Part shown: piece after piece, positions 25,601 through 39,999 of the stretch | How the letters are laid out: each line of letters begins with the position of its first letter | How positions within the stretch are numbered: position 1 is the first letter of the stretch | Source: Phoronis australis | Lineage: Eukaryota; Animalia; Phoronida | DNA: 64,000 bases | Assembly: GCA_002633005.1 (NCBI GenBank) | Contig: NMRA01000056.1 | Location: forward strand, 1,147,521 to 1,211,520 | Reading direction: 5' to 3' | The notes under the pieces: model-generated | Database searches by the model: none | Told to the model about the DNA's origin: nothing | Seen by the model: only the letters and a program-made list of their open reading frames with translations | Position numbers and translations under genes: made by a program

Positions 25601-26699
25601 GCAAATGCCATTAAGAAGCCGATGAAAAAGGTCAACTCGCACAGGTTAGAGAACAAACGTTTACAGGTGGTGTCATAATCGGGTAGGTATGTATTTTATC
25701 AGAGTCTTCCTTAGGAACCGGAGTTAACCAATAAACCTATTGACAAACCTTTCGTAGAGAATGGTTCACCTGTATTTGAGTCTTCACGAACCAAGGCTCA
25801 GGTGGGAGAGTTTGCACATGCTGAGAATGTGAGAATTAAGACCCGATAACTTAACTGAAGAAATGTAAAACAGGGGCAAACAGCACTCGGTGAATAGCAT
25901 TCACAACTCTAGAGAACAAGGCACGGAATTTGATCCACAGACCTAGTATTTGCGATCAACAAAAAGAATCACAACGCTCTTGTGTGGCAATGAATAACAA
26001 GAATTTGGGATATAGCAAGCCCCAGGGTGGCCATTTTCTAATATAAAGTAGGGACAAAATCAAATATTCTTTCTCTTAGTAAGCATGGCACTACTTGGTG
26101 GAGGGTGTTCAATGCCATTCACAGTTCACTCCCGTGATTTGGATGAAGATTTTAAGGAAGCGGAGATTTCACAGCGTTGCTTATGAAATTGTTGGGGATC
26201 ACCAGGCCAACAAATTATCACTGTTGTGCTATGGGATATTCTACTGATTCACCTAAAAAGTTCAAAGTGGCAAAATATCCGTAAATGAGAGAATCCGAGT
26301 TTTGCATTTGTGGATTGATGTCATTTTGTTCACCAGAAATGGGTCAAGGGTGGATTCCACAACAATTACGCGTATTATACCACGCTTTCCCCAACATCGT
26401 TTTGGTCCTTAAGTTGTGAAGCTCGGACATATTTTTACAAATGGAAGTTGCTTGAAAATGCATTGTATTTTGCACTCATTAAGCAAGATGAAATTATTCA
26501 GCTCTGAAGTGCAAATTTTTATATTAATCTTTCACAAAGTCAATGTAAATAAAACACTGTTCACTCTGAGAAACCACATAATGGTGAAATTTCACCCATT
26601 TAGAACACAATAAGGTGCACAAGTGAAATTTCATTTTTTAATTTTTTCATAAAGCTAAGTATGTAGTACCAAATAAATGCTTTCAGTTTTTAATTTTAC

Positions 26700-26810
26700 C
26701 AAAATTGCCAACAGACAGTGTTTTGAGAAATTGTAGGTATTCACAACAATGTTGGAACGTTGTGAAAAACAAAAAAATGGTCAATTTTGGCAACGTTTTT
26801 GTCCGAATCG
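26700..26810 (+). repeat. Fragment of an AT-rich dispersed repeat family (also about 33000-33100, 35570-35670; inverted at about 1680-1750 and 10910-11225)
   Basis: Shared cagacagtgttttgagaaa and aaaatggtcaattttggcaa...tttttgtcc segments. Confidence 0.6.
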
Positions 26811-27556
26811 TAAGACTTGATCCTCCGCAGTTCATAAAGTCAATGGTTTTACTTTTGAAACACTCAGACTGTTAGTCCACGGTCTTAAATATAAGCCTGT
26901 CTGTTAACGCATAGGCGATTAAACCATAATAACATTACCCAACATTAAAATCTGTGATTCAGCAGGTGTGGTACTCAATAGGATTACAATCCTACATGCC
27001 CTGGAGTAGTGTGCCACTGGGTGCATAGTCCTCAATGAACCCATGAACCCCCATTTCCCAAGCCTCTGTGAACACCCCCATTGAACTACACTGTTTCATT
27101 ATAACGAGTACCCAACCACCCTCAAAGAACAACCCTAAAGCATTTAATATATACCTCATACATTATTCATAAAATTTTTAATAGCTTTTGAAGGAGAGGC
27201 TAGTTTTTCGCACCACCGAGTTAAATTTGCCTTACGGTGTACGTAAAATAGTTCTCTTGATTTGTCACTTTGCACTGAGTCTGATGCGGCAAACAGGGAT
27301 TTTTCGTTTCTTCATGGAAACTCAACTGTTTGGATAGCCAAATTAAATAGTATTAAATAGTAATCAGGCCATACAATTTCCTAAGACAACCTTCAGTGCA
27401 GTACTTTCATTTCTACACTATGACCAATGTTTCACCTTTGCAATGTTCAAATTCGAGAGAATTTTTGTGACATCATTGCCATTTGATTGTGATAGGTGCA
27501 AAGTTGACAGTATACACCTGTTCCTTAGGCACACCGGAATTGTTGAGGCTCTTATC

Positions 27557-27970
27557 TACAGCCGTTTTTAAACGGTGCCAGTTGTCGCGGTACAATTTGC
27601 TCCACTTTGGTCGCATTTAAACATAGATCGCAAACTGGATCAGCATGAGACTGTCCGCGCATGCTCCCATAAACAATAGCAAACGTCCAAACCACTTTGA
27701 ATGCCAGCGGATCACCCATATTTACGCTATTGGACAAGCGCATTGAAAGACGATCCCTTCCCGCCCTGCCCCAGTTGTGTTTAGACGTGTAGTTGGAACT
27801 GGAGCAACTGATCGAGTGCAATTCACTCTACCTCTCGAACAGTTGTCAAAAATAGCCGCCATGGTGTCAACGTGCTCCGTGTCGGACGTGTTTACACACA
27901 CACTTGCACCCCATCAGCTGTTCCGCGTTAGTTGCTCCATGACAACTGTCTCTTGTGTAAATGCAACGTA
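27557..27970. mobile_element. Older CpG-rich TIR element remnant
   Basis: Degenerate inverted ends around cagttgtc / gacaactg; GC/CpG richer than flanks. Confidence 0.4.
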
Positions 27971-30900
27971 CGCAGCACAAAACGCGGTCTCATCCTTGAC
28001 CCAGGTTTAGAGTGACTAAAAACTAAACCGTTAGTTGTACGTAAACACTGAAATCATGAACTTCTTCCTTTCCTGTTGATGCTAGTTACCATATTTTAGT
28101 TGAAGGGCGTTCGTTTTCCAGAACAATGTGACCAAGAGCGCATCACTTTGTTGATCAAATCTGGTCTCGGGCAAAAATAAATGAAAATGGTGATGTAAAT
28201 TGTGTCCCTATAGGTTGCGAGCTTCCTATCCAAAAGAAACGAAAAAATGACTGGTGAGACTGGATAAGAAAGAGGAAAAAACTTGGAGGGCAATACAAAG
28301 TAAATCGAGATGAAAGATTAGGAACTTTATCCTTTCTCCCTTGTGAACAACGACAGCTGCCTGATATCGCACACTAGAGAGACACTTGTATGAATCAAGA
28401 GCCAAGTAACCCAATGGTCGTGCTAATGGAACTGAAGGGTGATAAAATGATCAGCTTCGCAGTCCTCCAAAAACCGGCAACAGGTGTCACAGTGAATGAA
28501 GACCCGATAACCCCCAAATGGAAAATTAACTTCAAAATTGCTTTGAATAAATTTTTTTAACACGTCAAGTAAAGCCTCCATCACACTGAATTTAGAATTT
28601 ACTTGATCATTTGTCGCTGTATAAATTGGTGTCCCCATGTACATTACATCTAATTAGAGGAGAAAGGAATTCTGGGATTGGCAAGACAACACAAATGGTG
28701 GTCACTGAAGACTATTGGTTATGTAGGAACATGGACAAATGTCTAATTTGCCTAACTTCGTAACATCATATCTCAGAAGTGGCCGATCAAATTCATATCA
28801 AACTTTCAAATGCCATGCTTTATGTACCATTCTCCAGAACGCTGTTAAGAATCGTTTTTAAATGGTCCACTTATGCGTGAGGAGCTACAAAACTCAGATG
28901 TTTATGATACCGTAATTTAGAAAACAGTAACCGGAACAACTTTTTTGAGATTTCATCTTTAGAATTTATATGAAATGAAACTTGCTCGTGCTATTGATAC
29001 TGCCGTCTTGCTATGCTTTTTCTTTTTGCTCAGTTTTAATAAACAGACATGGTCACTGACACATTTAATGGCTGACTGGCGTGAAGCAAAAATCCAATTC
29101 TACCGACTTTTCATATTCAGAAAATATATCCCTTTACTGGGAGAAATTCTATAGTTTTGTAGATACTTGGCAAAATGCTTTTCGGTGAGCAGCTGTCAAT
29201 CACAGGATGTCAAGTACGTTTCGTGAGCTAACACCAGACGGAGCTACTAGTTACTGTTTAAGCAGCTATAGTCAGGATTCAAAATGAACTTACAAGAATA
29301 TCTAAAGAACAAAATTGTGCATGATTTAATATGTACCAAATACACCACAATGGGTTCCAATTCCAAACATTCAACCAACAAAGAGTCAAACATAACTTTA
29401 GCAAAAGGGGACTGCCTCCCGTATCTAGACAACCGATAGCAGAAAAGAGGCACCGAGACTGATAACGATTTACAACGGGAAGATTTACTGGCAATTTATG
29501 AAAGGATCAAGTTGTATCTTATCGGTGGGCCGATGTAAGAGTATGGGCTAACACCTCGTCGTTTATTAGTTTTTCATAAGGTGAAGGGTACAGAGATGAA
29601 GAATTACTTCGTAGGAGGGTCAGTGTCTAATCTTCGGGTTTATGAGATTGTCTCGGCATGATTATCCAGTGCGGCAGGGATCAAACAATTGCTGATAACT
29701 ATAAACCAGGTTTTTCTGCAGAGAAGCTCGTACATTCAGAAAATATCAGTTTAGGGACCAAAAGTCCAAATATACGCACGCGCGTATATTTGGAAATGAC
29801 GAAAATATGCTTGGGTGTATCGATATTGTAACTAGTGCGCAAACTAAAACCAAGAGTCAATACATCTGACGTATCTTTATCCCACAGATAAGAATTTACT
29901 GTTGAAAATTTTCATTTTGCTACGGCTTTGGTGTCCATTTCCTACGAAACTGAGGTAGGTTTAAAGAATCAGCCATACATACTTTTTTCCCAAATGAAAG
30001 TGTTGGACGTTTCTGTGGAAAATTTTCCTGATATACACCCACTGGGCATGTCTAAAGCATGGGCTGACAGTGTCTGCATCAAACTCCGGCAACACAAAAA
30101 TATCAGTCTTTTGTCACGGTTTGGAAAAGGTTGATCAAGCACCTTCAACTGGTCAAGCAAAATATTTCCAGGGAATGTTTTATCGCAGATTTTTTGATGT
30201 ACAAAAATCACTGATCTACTTCAATGGGCACTGAAGTTGTTGTCTTTAAACTCTTGCATTGTCAATTTTTAAGACTACATTTCCCACTTTCTAAGGTCAA
30301 TTTAAAATTATGAAGAAACAGAAAACAGGGCACGTCTCAAATTTTTGTTGGTGGGTTGGTGTGAAACCCTCAGGGCAAGATACAGTGTTTTGTGACATTT
30401 AAAATTATAACATCATACATTGATGCAAGTATTCGTTAGAAATAGTAATAAAGATTTTGAGTGACATCCTATCAACAAAGTGTTTGGGTTGAAATATTTT
30501 ATACCACTGGTCGCTGTACATACCTCGACTCGTGTCATATTAAAAAAAATCCGAATTGTTTTGAATCTGAGTCAGTTAAACATAGACAATAGACAGTTGA
30601 GGGGTGATTGCATCAGACGCAATTTGATTAGTTAAACGATCAACACGATTTAAAAAAACAGTGGAAAAAATAAAAATTTGACTATTACCAGATTGTCTGA
30701 TTGTGTGGTTAAATAGTAGTTATCTCCCCCGAAAAATAGAATCAACAGGGTCAAGAACGGGCAAGCAGCCGACTCTCTGATCGGCGCGACAGGCAATAAA
30801 TAGAAAAGTCGCGTAGAAGGTGCATTTGGCAGTGAAGGAGTTACATTGGGGAAACGCGCAAATGCCGTAACTCTCAGACCCCTTGAATAAAACACAAGGC

Positions 30901-32644
30901 ATGAGAAATACGCAGCACCACAGCCTTCGCACTCATTACTTACTATCAATACCAAAAAACACTGCCGACAGTGACAAGCTCTAAAGCACACCAAATGTCA
31001 AGGTTATACTGCTAAGCAAATGTTTTGGGACTCGAGGAATTTGACAGTCAGGTATAGCCAGCCAGCCTGCCCGTGTCAGTAGGTAACCATTGACAGGTGA
31101 GGTACATTAGTAGCAGGTCAAGAGAATGAGACTACACAAGGCTCTGACTGAATCCACTGAAAGGGCGAGGCTATCATGCTATAATGAGGGATCGAGTGAC
31201 CCAGAAGTCAAACACTTCATGTCCAACTATTGTTCACTAACAGTTGTACTCAAGCTCACATAGTAGTCTTGGGAGGTCCTGTCTATTGAAGGAGTTTTCG
31301 GTGGCAACGTGTCATTCGCTGGCACACCTAAGACACTCGTAATATTCAAACAGGGAGAGTGTCTCTCGGAAGTACAGTAATCGTTAGTCAAAACTCCATG
31401 CAACTTTTGACACTGAGCTAATTGACACCATGGCATGGTGACCCCCTGTCAACTCCCTCATTAGATTACCTTTACAGAAATGAAATCACGCCAGATGTGT
31501 TTGACCAGAGACTGTACGAGCACCTTAACATGCAACGAGAAGACCTACAAGCCATTCTCCAAAAGAGTGGTGACACGATGAAATACACCTCATGGCTAGA
31601 TGGCAATAGGATGTAGCTGGTGGATATAGTTTTGCATTCTTGTGTGGAGATTTTATGCAGTGGGCTATTGCCCAGTGTTTCTTATATTTTGTGACAATCA
31701 TGCTGTGGAATGGCCCCTGTTGTGCACAAAAATTCCTCCGTCTCAAACCGTACATCTCAAACTGTACGCTAACGAAAGAAATTGTTTACTCCCAGAGTCC
31801 CAGTCAATTGAGACCGGCTTAACACCAAAATTAGAAATTGGGTCGAGCGAAAGATGCTTTTGCACTCTCCCAACACTACATACTTGTATGTAAGTTTCTT
31901 TCCTACTGATGTAGGTGTTCAATTTGCAAATATATTTGAAATGATGCCAGCTATGTTAATACCAATGATTTCTTTTGTAAACCCAGGAAGTTGACAGGAA
32001 CTAGACAATCTGGTAAAACTTTCACAGCCTTGAAAATGGTGGAAACTGATGGGATACAGACCTGAACGAAATCAATTAGGCACTAGAAATTCATTAGGTA
32101 TATACGGTAATTCTTACCATAACCTATTTAGCATGCAATATGGCAAACAAAGTTCTCAACAAAACTAAAGATTACGAAAATTTTATTCTATTATTACCTG
32201 GACTTGTATTCCACAGATATTGTAAAACAACATTTGACCAAGTTTCTATTATTTCACGCCGGGTAATCAGCTTTTGAAGATTAGAAAAACCAATCGTTTT
32301 ATCTATTAATTTGTGCCAAATAAAGGAAAAATTGCCACAGATAAAGCTCATACCATGATGGTATGAAAATAATAATGATTGGTGCAAATCCATAAAGCAC
32401 CTCAATGGCAACAAAGGTGTCTGGGAAACTGACTGATTAATGAGAAATCAGCTGACCCCTATTAGTGACCTGGTTTAATGTTCCATAAGTATGGCTTTGG
32501 GTCAAAATCACATGCAGGATACAGTGTGTATCAACGTAGCAATGTGAAAGACCAACTAGGTTTATATCTAAAAGGCAAAACCCCTGAGGTTGACAAAGTA
32601 GCGTTTTACTGAAGATCTGGCAATAGTCTGACATAACGTGCCCT

Positions 32645-32700
32645 ATTTTGAAAACCAGTTTGACGCCCGTTATTCAGTGGAGAAAACTGGTTCTCAAAAT
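32645..32700 (+). repeat. Short dispersed hairpin-type repeat, copy 3
   Basis: attttgaaaaccagtttgacgcccgttattcagtggagaaaactggttctcaaaat aligns without gaps to 11351-11406. Confidence 0.75.
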
Positions 32701-33380
32701 GCGAGCACATTTAATATATGACCATTAACGAAGAACACGCAGCCAAAAAGGTCATCCTTTGATGATCTGCAATAATTCACAACTTATGGTCTTCTCTAAA
32801 GATTTCAAATATCTATAGCCATCTAATACATATCAAAACTTAGAATCACTTCAGTTGCAGTAAAACAAATCTTAGGTTCAGACACATGGTAAAATTTCAC
32901 GCCAACAAGTGAAATTTTATCATTTTTTCCATTGAAGATGTGTTGAACAAATTAATGATTTTCCAATTTCAAGTTCTACTACTTACATCAAAATTATCAT
33001 CAAATACTGTTTTGAAAAAAAAATGTGACCATTTACAGCAATGTTAGAAGCACTAGAAAATTGAAAAGGACAATTCTGGCCATCATTTTTGTCTGGAACT
33101 GGAGATTTTACGGTACTTTGTGGTAATGGTATACCAGATACCAGCATTTAAGTTTTATTTAGATTAGAGATATCATTTGTGGAAGATAAATCTAGGTTTC
33201 ATTGCGATACAACAGAAATGATTTCATGCGAGATGTTCAAATTCTGTTTTTCTAATGGACTAAAAAAATGACATGTTTATGTTCATCTCTTTGGTGCTCA
33301 AGTTTAGGAGTATGTGCCGTAAACACAAAACATTCGCGAGGCATTTGTATTGAGAAAACTTCACTATTGAACCGAAACAG

Positions 33381-33550
33381 AGAATTTTATCCAATATAAA
33401 TTCAACATTTGAGCCTCACCAACCAATCACTTCAGAGGCCGCCATTTTGCTACGTAATGTATGACTGTAAGGACGCCTAAGTCCCTCGCGGGGTTTTGCA
33501 AGGTCTTACGTGATCTTGCTTTTACGAGAGACTCTTGCGTCTACAGAACC
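33381..33550 (+). repeat. Dispersed repeat carrying CCAAT and GCCGCCATTTT, copy A
   Basis: aaattcaacatt...aaccaatca...gccgccatttt...gtctacagaac is collinear with 36590-36770. Confidence 0.7.
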
Positions 33551-34043
33551 CATCCCAGTCAAACATGCTTTCTGAAACCATCTATGGAGGCCTGTATAAA
33601 ACAAAATTGAGCCAGCTCTAGGGATCTTCAAAAATCTGTGGTGGGCAGAAATTTCCGTGGGTAAGTAAAGATGACCCGTGACTGTTATATTGCAACAGTT
33701 GTGTCCACGCTGTTAACAAATCAATGATAGCAATCATACCAACAAACCAATCGATAGTGAGCAAAGTTCACAGCTGACTGCTAATAAAAAATCAACATCC
33801 ACTTATCAAATCATTGGACCGGATTCCTAAAAGTCACACTATAAACCAAGAGGTGACTATGGGAGTGGAGACACTGTGCATTGTACCATTGAGGCAACAC
33901 AAGAATCATTTGCTGTCAGCTGAGGAGAATGAGATTCAATATTGGTCAAGTATACACAACGTGAATGGGACGCATTGGTCAGTGTGAGATGACCAGTGTC
34001 CAGAATATTTACTCATCACAACTGACCATTACCAAGTGTTAAT

Positions 34044-34193
34044 TGAGGTGACTTTTATATGTATCACAGAATACACAGTGTAGGGTAGTGCTGAACAGAC
34101 CCAAGTTGCTCTGAGGCAGATATGAGGTGAATTAATGTGTATCACAGAATATACAGTGTAGGGTAACTAGTGCTAAACAGACCCAAGCTGCTC
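34044..34193. repeat. Two-copy tandem repeat, ~79-bp unit
   Basis: tgaggtga...gtatcacagaata.acagtgtagggta...gtgct.aacagacccaag.tgctc occurs twice. Confidence 0.85.
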
Positions 34194-36571
34194 ATTGGCT
34201 CATCGAGATACTGTAAGTGCTAATAGCAGAGATATTAGGATATAGTACAGTAAAATATCACAAATTTTGGACAGAAATAATTATTAAAATAGCGTCGCCT
34301 ACTCAGAGTAATGGACACCCTTGGACAGTGCCACATTTGAGAAACTCTTTTGCCAGAGTTACGTCTGTCCGAAGACCCTGTCATCAAAATCTTCATTTAG
34401 ACAAAGTGTGGTGCAGCAGGATCTTAAAGATTTCATCACTACCTCAGTGTAGTTTTACTCGCAATTCCAAGAATAAAAAGAACAAAAAATGTTAATTGTA
34501 AATGTTTTTCAATTAGTGCTAAATAAAGGTGCACGGGTGGAATTTCATTTTGTCAAACTTATCGACAAAAACAAACTCTTTACAAATTTCACTTCATTTC
34601 AGCACGCTTGGCTTTCTACACTCAACATCAAAAAAAAAATTTTACATTTCATATGTTACCAACCTTGGAAAAGTGAAAAAAAAATGCATTTTTGACAATT
34701 ATTTAGTGCAACATCAAAGACTGTGACCTTGAATGAAATTCTGAAAATGACATGCACACCACCTGACCTATTTTATGGCAGTCAAGCCACAATGCAGACA
34801 GATTCATTTGAAAATTAAACTATATAAAGTGGCAGACCTCAATGAATTTTAATGAGCGAAGGCAAGGCAAAGAAATCATCCATGACACATCTCATCAAGA
34901 TTCAAGGATACCTGTCAATAAGTTTGAAGTAAATTTAAAGATTCAATTGCTTTGATAATTTAGTCATTTTAGTTAACAAAGACAGCTATCTAATTCCCCA
35001 GCATGTTGCATCAATGCTATGAGGTTACACAATCAAAACTTCAACAAGCCAGGTAGATCTATAAACGACCATTCGAGTGTAAAAACGATATGCTGTGGAA
35101 GATATGCGCCACCTAACGCTTTTTTGTAATTTACTGCTGGAGTGTTGCCTAACTTGATAAACGAGAGCAAACTTCTGAAAGGTTGGGACTCAAATTCACC
35201 ACTGGGGCTCAAATGGTTAAAACGAACACCTGTCTTTGTGTACTATCGTACTATCGAGACACTCTCGTTGCTAGAAGAAGCTCTTTTCAACAACCAAATT
35301 GTATGTCAAAATTCCAAGGAAGTTAACAAAGCTTTGCAGAGTCATATTTACTTTCTAATAGGATTTTATATTTGTAAGTGAATGTGGCAAACCAATCTGA
35401 CGACAGAATACAAACAAAATAATGGACAGCAAATTTAAGAACAAATGATTCAAAAACGGAACATCAACAAATAAGAGTATGGTGCTATGTCGAGTAATTT
35501 AGGACTCAGAATGGTGGACAAGTGATGTTTTATATTTTCATTTTTTAATGAAAGATACTAATAACACAGCAACCATCAGACAATGTTTTGAGAACTTGTT
35601 CATTCACAAAAATGATAAGATTTTAAAAAATGGAAAAGGCCAATTTTGGTAATTATTTTTGTCCCAAGAGATTTTTACCACAAACCAACTCGGGCTATAG
35701 CAATTTAATACATCCCCAGGAAAGATAAAGGAATGAATAGCTATTATTCAACGGCTGCGTATCGCATCATAATGTCATTGAGAGTTCACAATCTTTATGT
35801 CATCAAAAGTTCAAACCCAGACTTAAACAAATAAATGTATAGCTCAACAGAATTTCTTTGGATGTTTTGCTACCAATTCACACTTACAAATCCATCCCTA
35901 AGCCCATTTGAACACCATGTATATACCTGTCAAAGACAGTTAGTGAATCGCAACAGGAGAACCCAATTCTCATCATGTCTAATTGCCTAGACACAAAGAG
36001 GAACGCTATAACTCCTGGAAAAATCCCCTGTGGGATTGTATGAACAACCAGCATGTTTTGCTTAACAAAAATGTTTATTTTCGCCCAAGAGAAAAATAGA
36101 ACGTTCCCTAGACGTCTAAAAGCTCCAGACACACTCGAACACCCACCATCGAAGGCCTAGGCAAAGCAGCCATATATGACTAGCTTGGGAAAGAAGACAA
36201 AACATGTCACAAAACAGATGCAATCCAAGGCTACTGACCTATACAGTACAAGCCAATAGTATTCAGACAAAATGATGCAGAATTACCCCACCATGACGGT
36301 TGGACAGAAGCCAAATTCATCGCCAGAAAAATCTTCCCTCATGGCCGAGAATGTATGGGAACTTGGAAAGATAATACGGTGGCTAAACAGTATTTTGTCA
36401 TGCGCTGTATACTGTGTCCAGATGAGCTATTATTCCAGCGCAAGTTCAGAAGCAACTTTATCCCCGATCAGTAAAGCATCCACAAGAAGGACCTGGACAG
36501 TGTTCCACACCCTCCCCCCTCCCCCCAAGACATTAGCCACGAGAAATCTTCAATTCTGGAACAGATAAACT

Positions 36572-36770
36572 GCATTCTGTACTATAGTTAATGAATTCTA
36601 TCCCGAAATTCAACATTCTAAACTCACTAACCAATCAATCCAGACGCCGCCATTTTACTAATAACATCTCGAGCACACTCGCGAAACACTTGCTTTTCAC
36701 TCGCATGATTTTGCGCGTTCCTCTACAATATTGCTTTTCTCGCTCGCAAGAAACTTGGTCTACAGAACGC
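36572..36770 (+). repeat. Dispersed repeat carrying CCAAT and GCCGCCATTTT, copy B
   Basis: Collinear with 33381-33550; degenerate inverted ends gcattctgta / tacagaacgc. Confidence 0.7.
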
Positions 36771-39700
36771 TACACTGCCACTGATATCAAGGCAACATTG
36801 ATATGAAGAAAGTGGATGTTTGGCCCAATAGGAAAGTGTCCATACCAATCGAGCAGTGCAAGCACACAACACCGCAGCTAATTATTTCCTCCTATTGCAT
36901 TTAGGCTGGCACTTGGGCCTAATCATCTTGCAGCAGGGTCAACTGACCGTGTGGACACAACTTACAAGCAGATTTCCTCCGCTAATACAACTTCATCATT
37001 ACTGGTCCACCTGATGCTTGCTTCAGAGAAGGAGAAACCAGACCTGGCCAAGACGACATACAGTGCAAAATGAGGAAAATGGACTCAATAAAATGTTCTG
37101 TTTTGTTGATGTATCAGAGGAAGGAGAATGTCTTGGAACGTTTTTCAAAATCGCGTTTCAATACCAAGTTTTAACTAAACGAAGTTGCTTTTTAAATTAG
37201 AGATTCCGGGCTGTAGACCTGAGCCACACGACTCATGGCAATAAGTTATGATTTGTAGTGCTGCTCAACCAACATAAGTGAGCTTAAAATCTATGCGCGT
37301 CACATTTCGCAAAATAATAAAATCAATAATACAATGTGAAAGGACAGACCACACTAATGAGTAGACCTACATGTACACAGCAAACTGCTCTATTCAACGT
37401 GAAGATTCCAGGATAATCCCCACCTTACATAGACAACAACATTGTTGCCAGAAAGAAGCAATTAATCTCACTAAATCAACACTCAAACTCATACTAAACT
37501 GTTTAATTTACAAAACCACAATTGTATTTACAGTCATCCTTATTCCACCACTGTTATTCCTACAAACAAGGGTTGCAACATAATTTTGTTATCCGCTCAG
37601 ACAAATCGTGTTAATGCGAATCTCTGGGGAAGAAGACAGAGTTTAACAATAGTTATCTACACAACAGATCGATCTTAACTTACTGTAGTGGGAGTAATTC
37701 GTGCATAACATTAAAGCTTGCTTACTTGGCTTATACGGTATCCCACTAGAAGGAAATGTCATGGAACAACTGACAGTTTTTATGATGCCGAATTGATAAT
37801 CAAAACAAATCCGGGCAAAATTTTCTTGAAACTCAGTGCAGTGTTATAATCTTTGATAACTTGATGTTCCTATATTTTTTTACCACACTGAATTAGCATT
37901 CCAAATAGAGTTACTTGATAACTCCAACAGGATTCACCACCGCTATCTTGAGTTATTCCAGTTTGAAGGAAACTTCATGTTGTTTCAGACACCGTTCATT
38001 TTTATGTTCTCAAGACCAAGCAGTCCTGTCCAGCAATTCACTTTGCCTTCCAACAGGTCAAAGGTCAAACTAAACTAAGTTTTGAAATGGACAATTTTGA
38101 GGACTTTTTGTTTTAAGAAAGCTTGTCATTATTTATCACACATGTTCTTGACGACTGGGAAGTTCCGTTCGTTAATTATGCCGTCTTACCACATACAATC
38201 TTCATAACAAAGAGTGGTATAATGCCTAGACACCTGGAAGCCAAATACAATATTCCTGGTACACGGTTATTGGATTTCTGCCATCTTATCACTCCAGACA
38301 TTTACCGGTCACAATAGTTTCGCAACTTCAAACAAACGATTACTTCAACAATAGTAGAAGAACACAGGAATACTCTGAGGTTATCGTTTATGTTTGTATT
38401 TTGGTCCATGCACCTACATCCGACTGGATTTATCAAAGAAACCACAACCACAGAAGATAGAAGTTGTTTTTCTTTCATCATCAAATAAAATATTAACCTT
38501 TCTTGATAAGAAATGACAGGTACACCTAAATATTATATACGATCAAACGTCACAGAGTTTTCCACTTCATCCCAGTACCAGCCAATTTTCATTTTCTCTG
38601 ATACAAAAATAATGATGTTAAAATTGTAGGTCTTACATAAAAGTTTGAAAATTTGGCAATACATTATGTCAAGTCTTTAAAGGTGAGATAATAAAAAGAA
38701 TCACTCAGTTGAGGCATGGCTCAAACAGGAACTTTAGCTTTAAAGTGTCTGAACTGTCCATCTTGTGTTTAACACCAGTACACATATAGCGACTGTGTTA
38801 TTTCACAACCAATTTCAAACTGGTTTTTTGGTTGTTCTTTCTTCGATAACACACGTAGTGAATGAGACTGGAACAATTGTGAATATAGTATACCCTCATT
38901 ATGAGAACCAGACAATCACTGAATATGGAGTCCATTATTCAGTGAATGAAGCTGCTTCGCCAGGCATTGCCATTTGATCGACCAGTGCCACTCTGAATTC
39001 CGTTGTCACCGGAAATAAGCTTACACATAAATAGACGTTCAATGAAACACTTGTTTATAGAAAACAGTAGAGTTCAGTAAAAGTGTCTTGTTCGTTAATG
39101 ATTAACTTTTGTAACTTAAGACCTCATTGTTAATTAGTTTGGATGAATCTTATATTTATGACAATAACCTATCTTATCAGTGCTAGGTCAAAGCTAGGTG
39201 GGTATTTGTTCAAGGGTTTTAATTTATATCTTAACTCAATAATATTAAGTAATTTGGAACAAAACAAATCACTGAAATAAATGATACTGACAAATACTGA
39301 CGTATCTTCCATGTGAAGCGAAAAGTGACGCATACACAAGTGTGGTCAGGAAACTTATTACCCTCGACACTGGAACTCATTTCGCCACAAGACAGTGTAA
39401 AGTTAACTAAGGGTGAAATGAAGTATTGAAGGTGCATTAGACCAAATGGCTTGCAACTGTGATTTTGCTTTCTGTTGGTCACAAAGTCTGATTATGTTAC
39501 GAATGTAAATTGGGTAAATTTTCAAGCAGGATCTGGCCATTATCTTTCATACTCATCTAAGCACTTGAAAGTCATCATTCAAAAAAATAAAGACCAACTT
39601 CTGATAAGGATATGGATAAGTCCTCTTTCAACTCTTATGATTTAAAATTAAATGCCAACACAAAAAAACGACAATCGCCATACCTTTTTGTCACAGACAG

Positions 39701-39878
39701 CAATATACCTCTAACCGTAGTAGCCTAACATAATCCACACATGAGACAGTTCACCAAGTTCAAGTTTTCGTCCTCAGCGAGTGTTTACTCAACGAGAATT
39801 AAGCTATTACACGCGAAAACATCTCTAATGACGACAATAACTGTGGCCTAAAACACACTGATGTACTTTCTAACTCAC

Positions 39879-39999
39879 CTTATTTGAATTCACGAAGCAA
39901 TAATCCAGCAAAAGTTCACAGAAATGGAAATTTGTGACATAATTTATCCTGGCGATAAACACAGATTTAGATGCACGGCCATCTTTTAGGTCACGTGAC
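39879..39999 (-). promoter_or_regulatory. Probable promoter and first non-coding exon of the LAP gene
   Basis: Palindromic E-box GTCACGTGAC (39990-39999), YY1-like AAGATGGCCG on minus (39976-39985), then consensus donor AAG|gtgagt at 39879. Confidence 0.5.
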
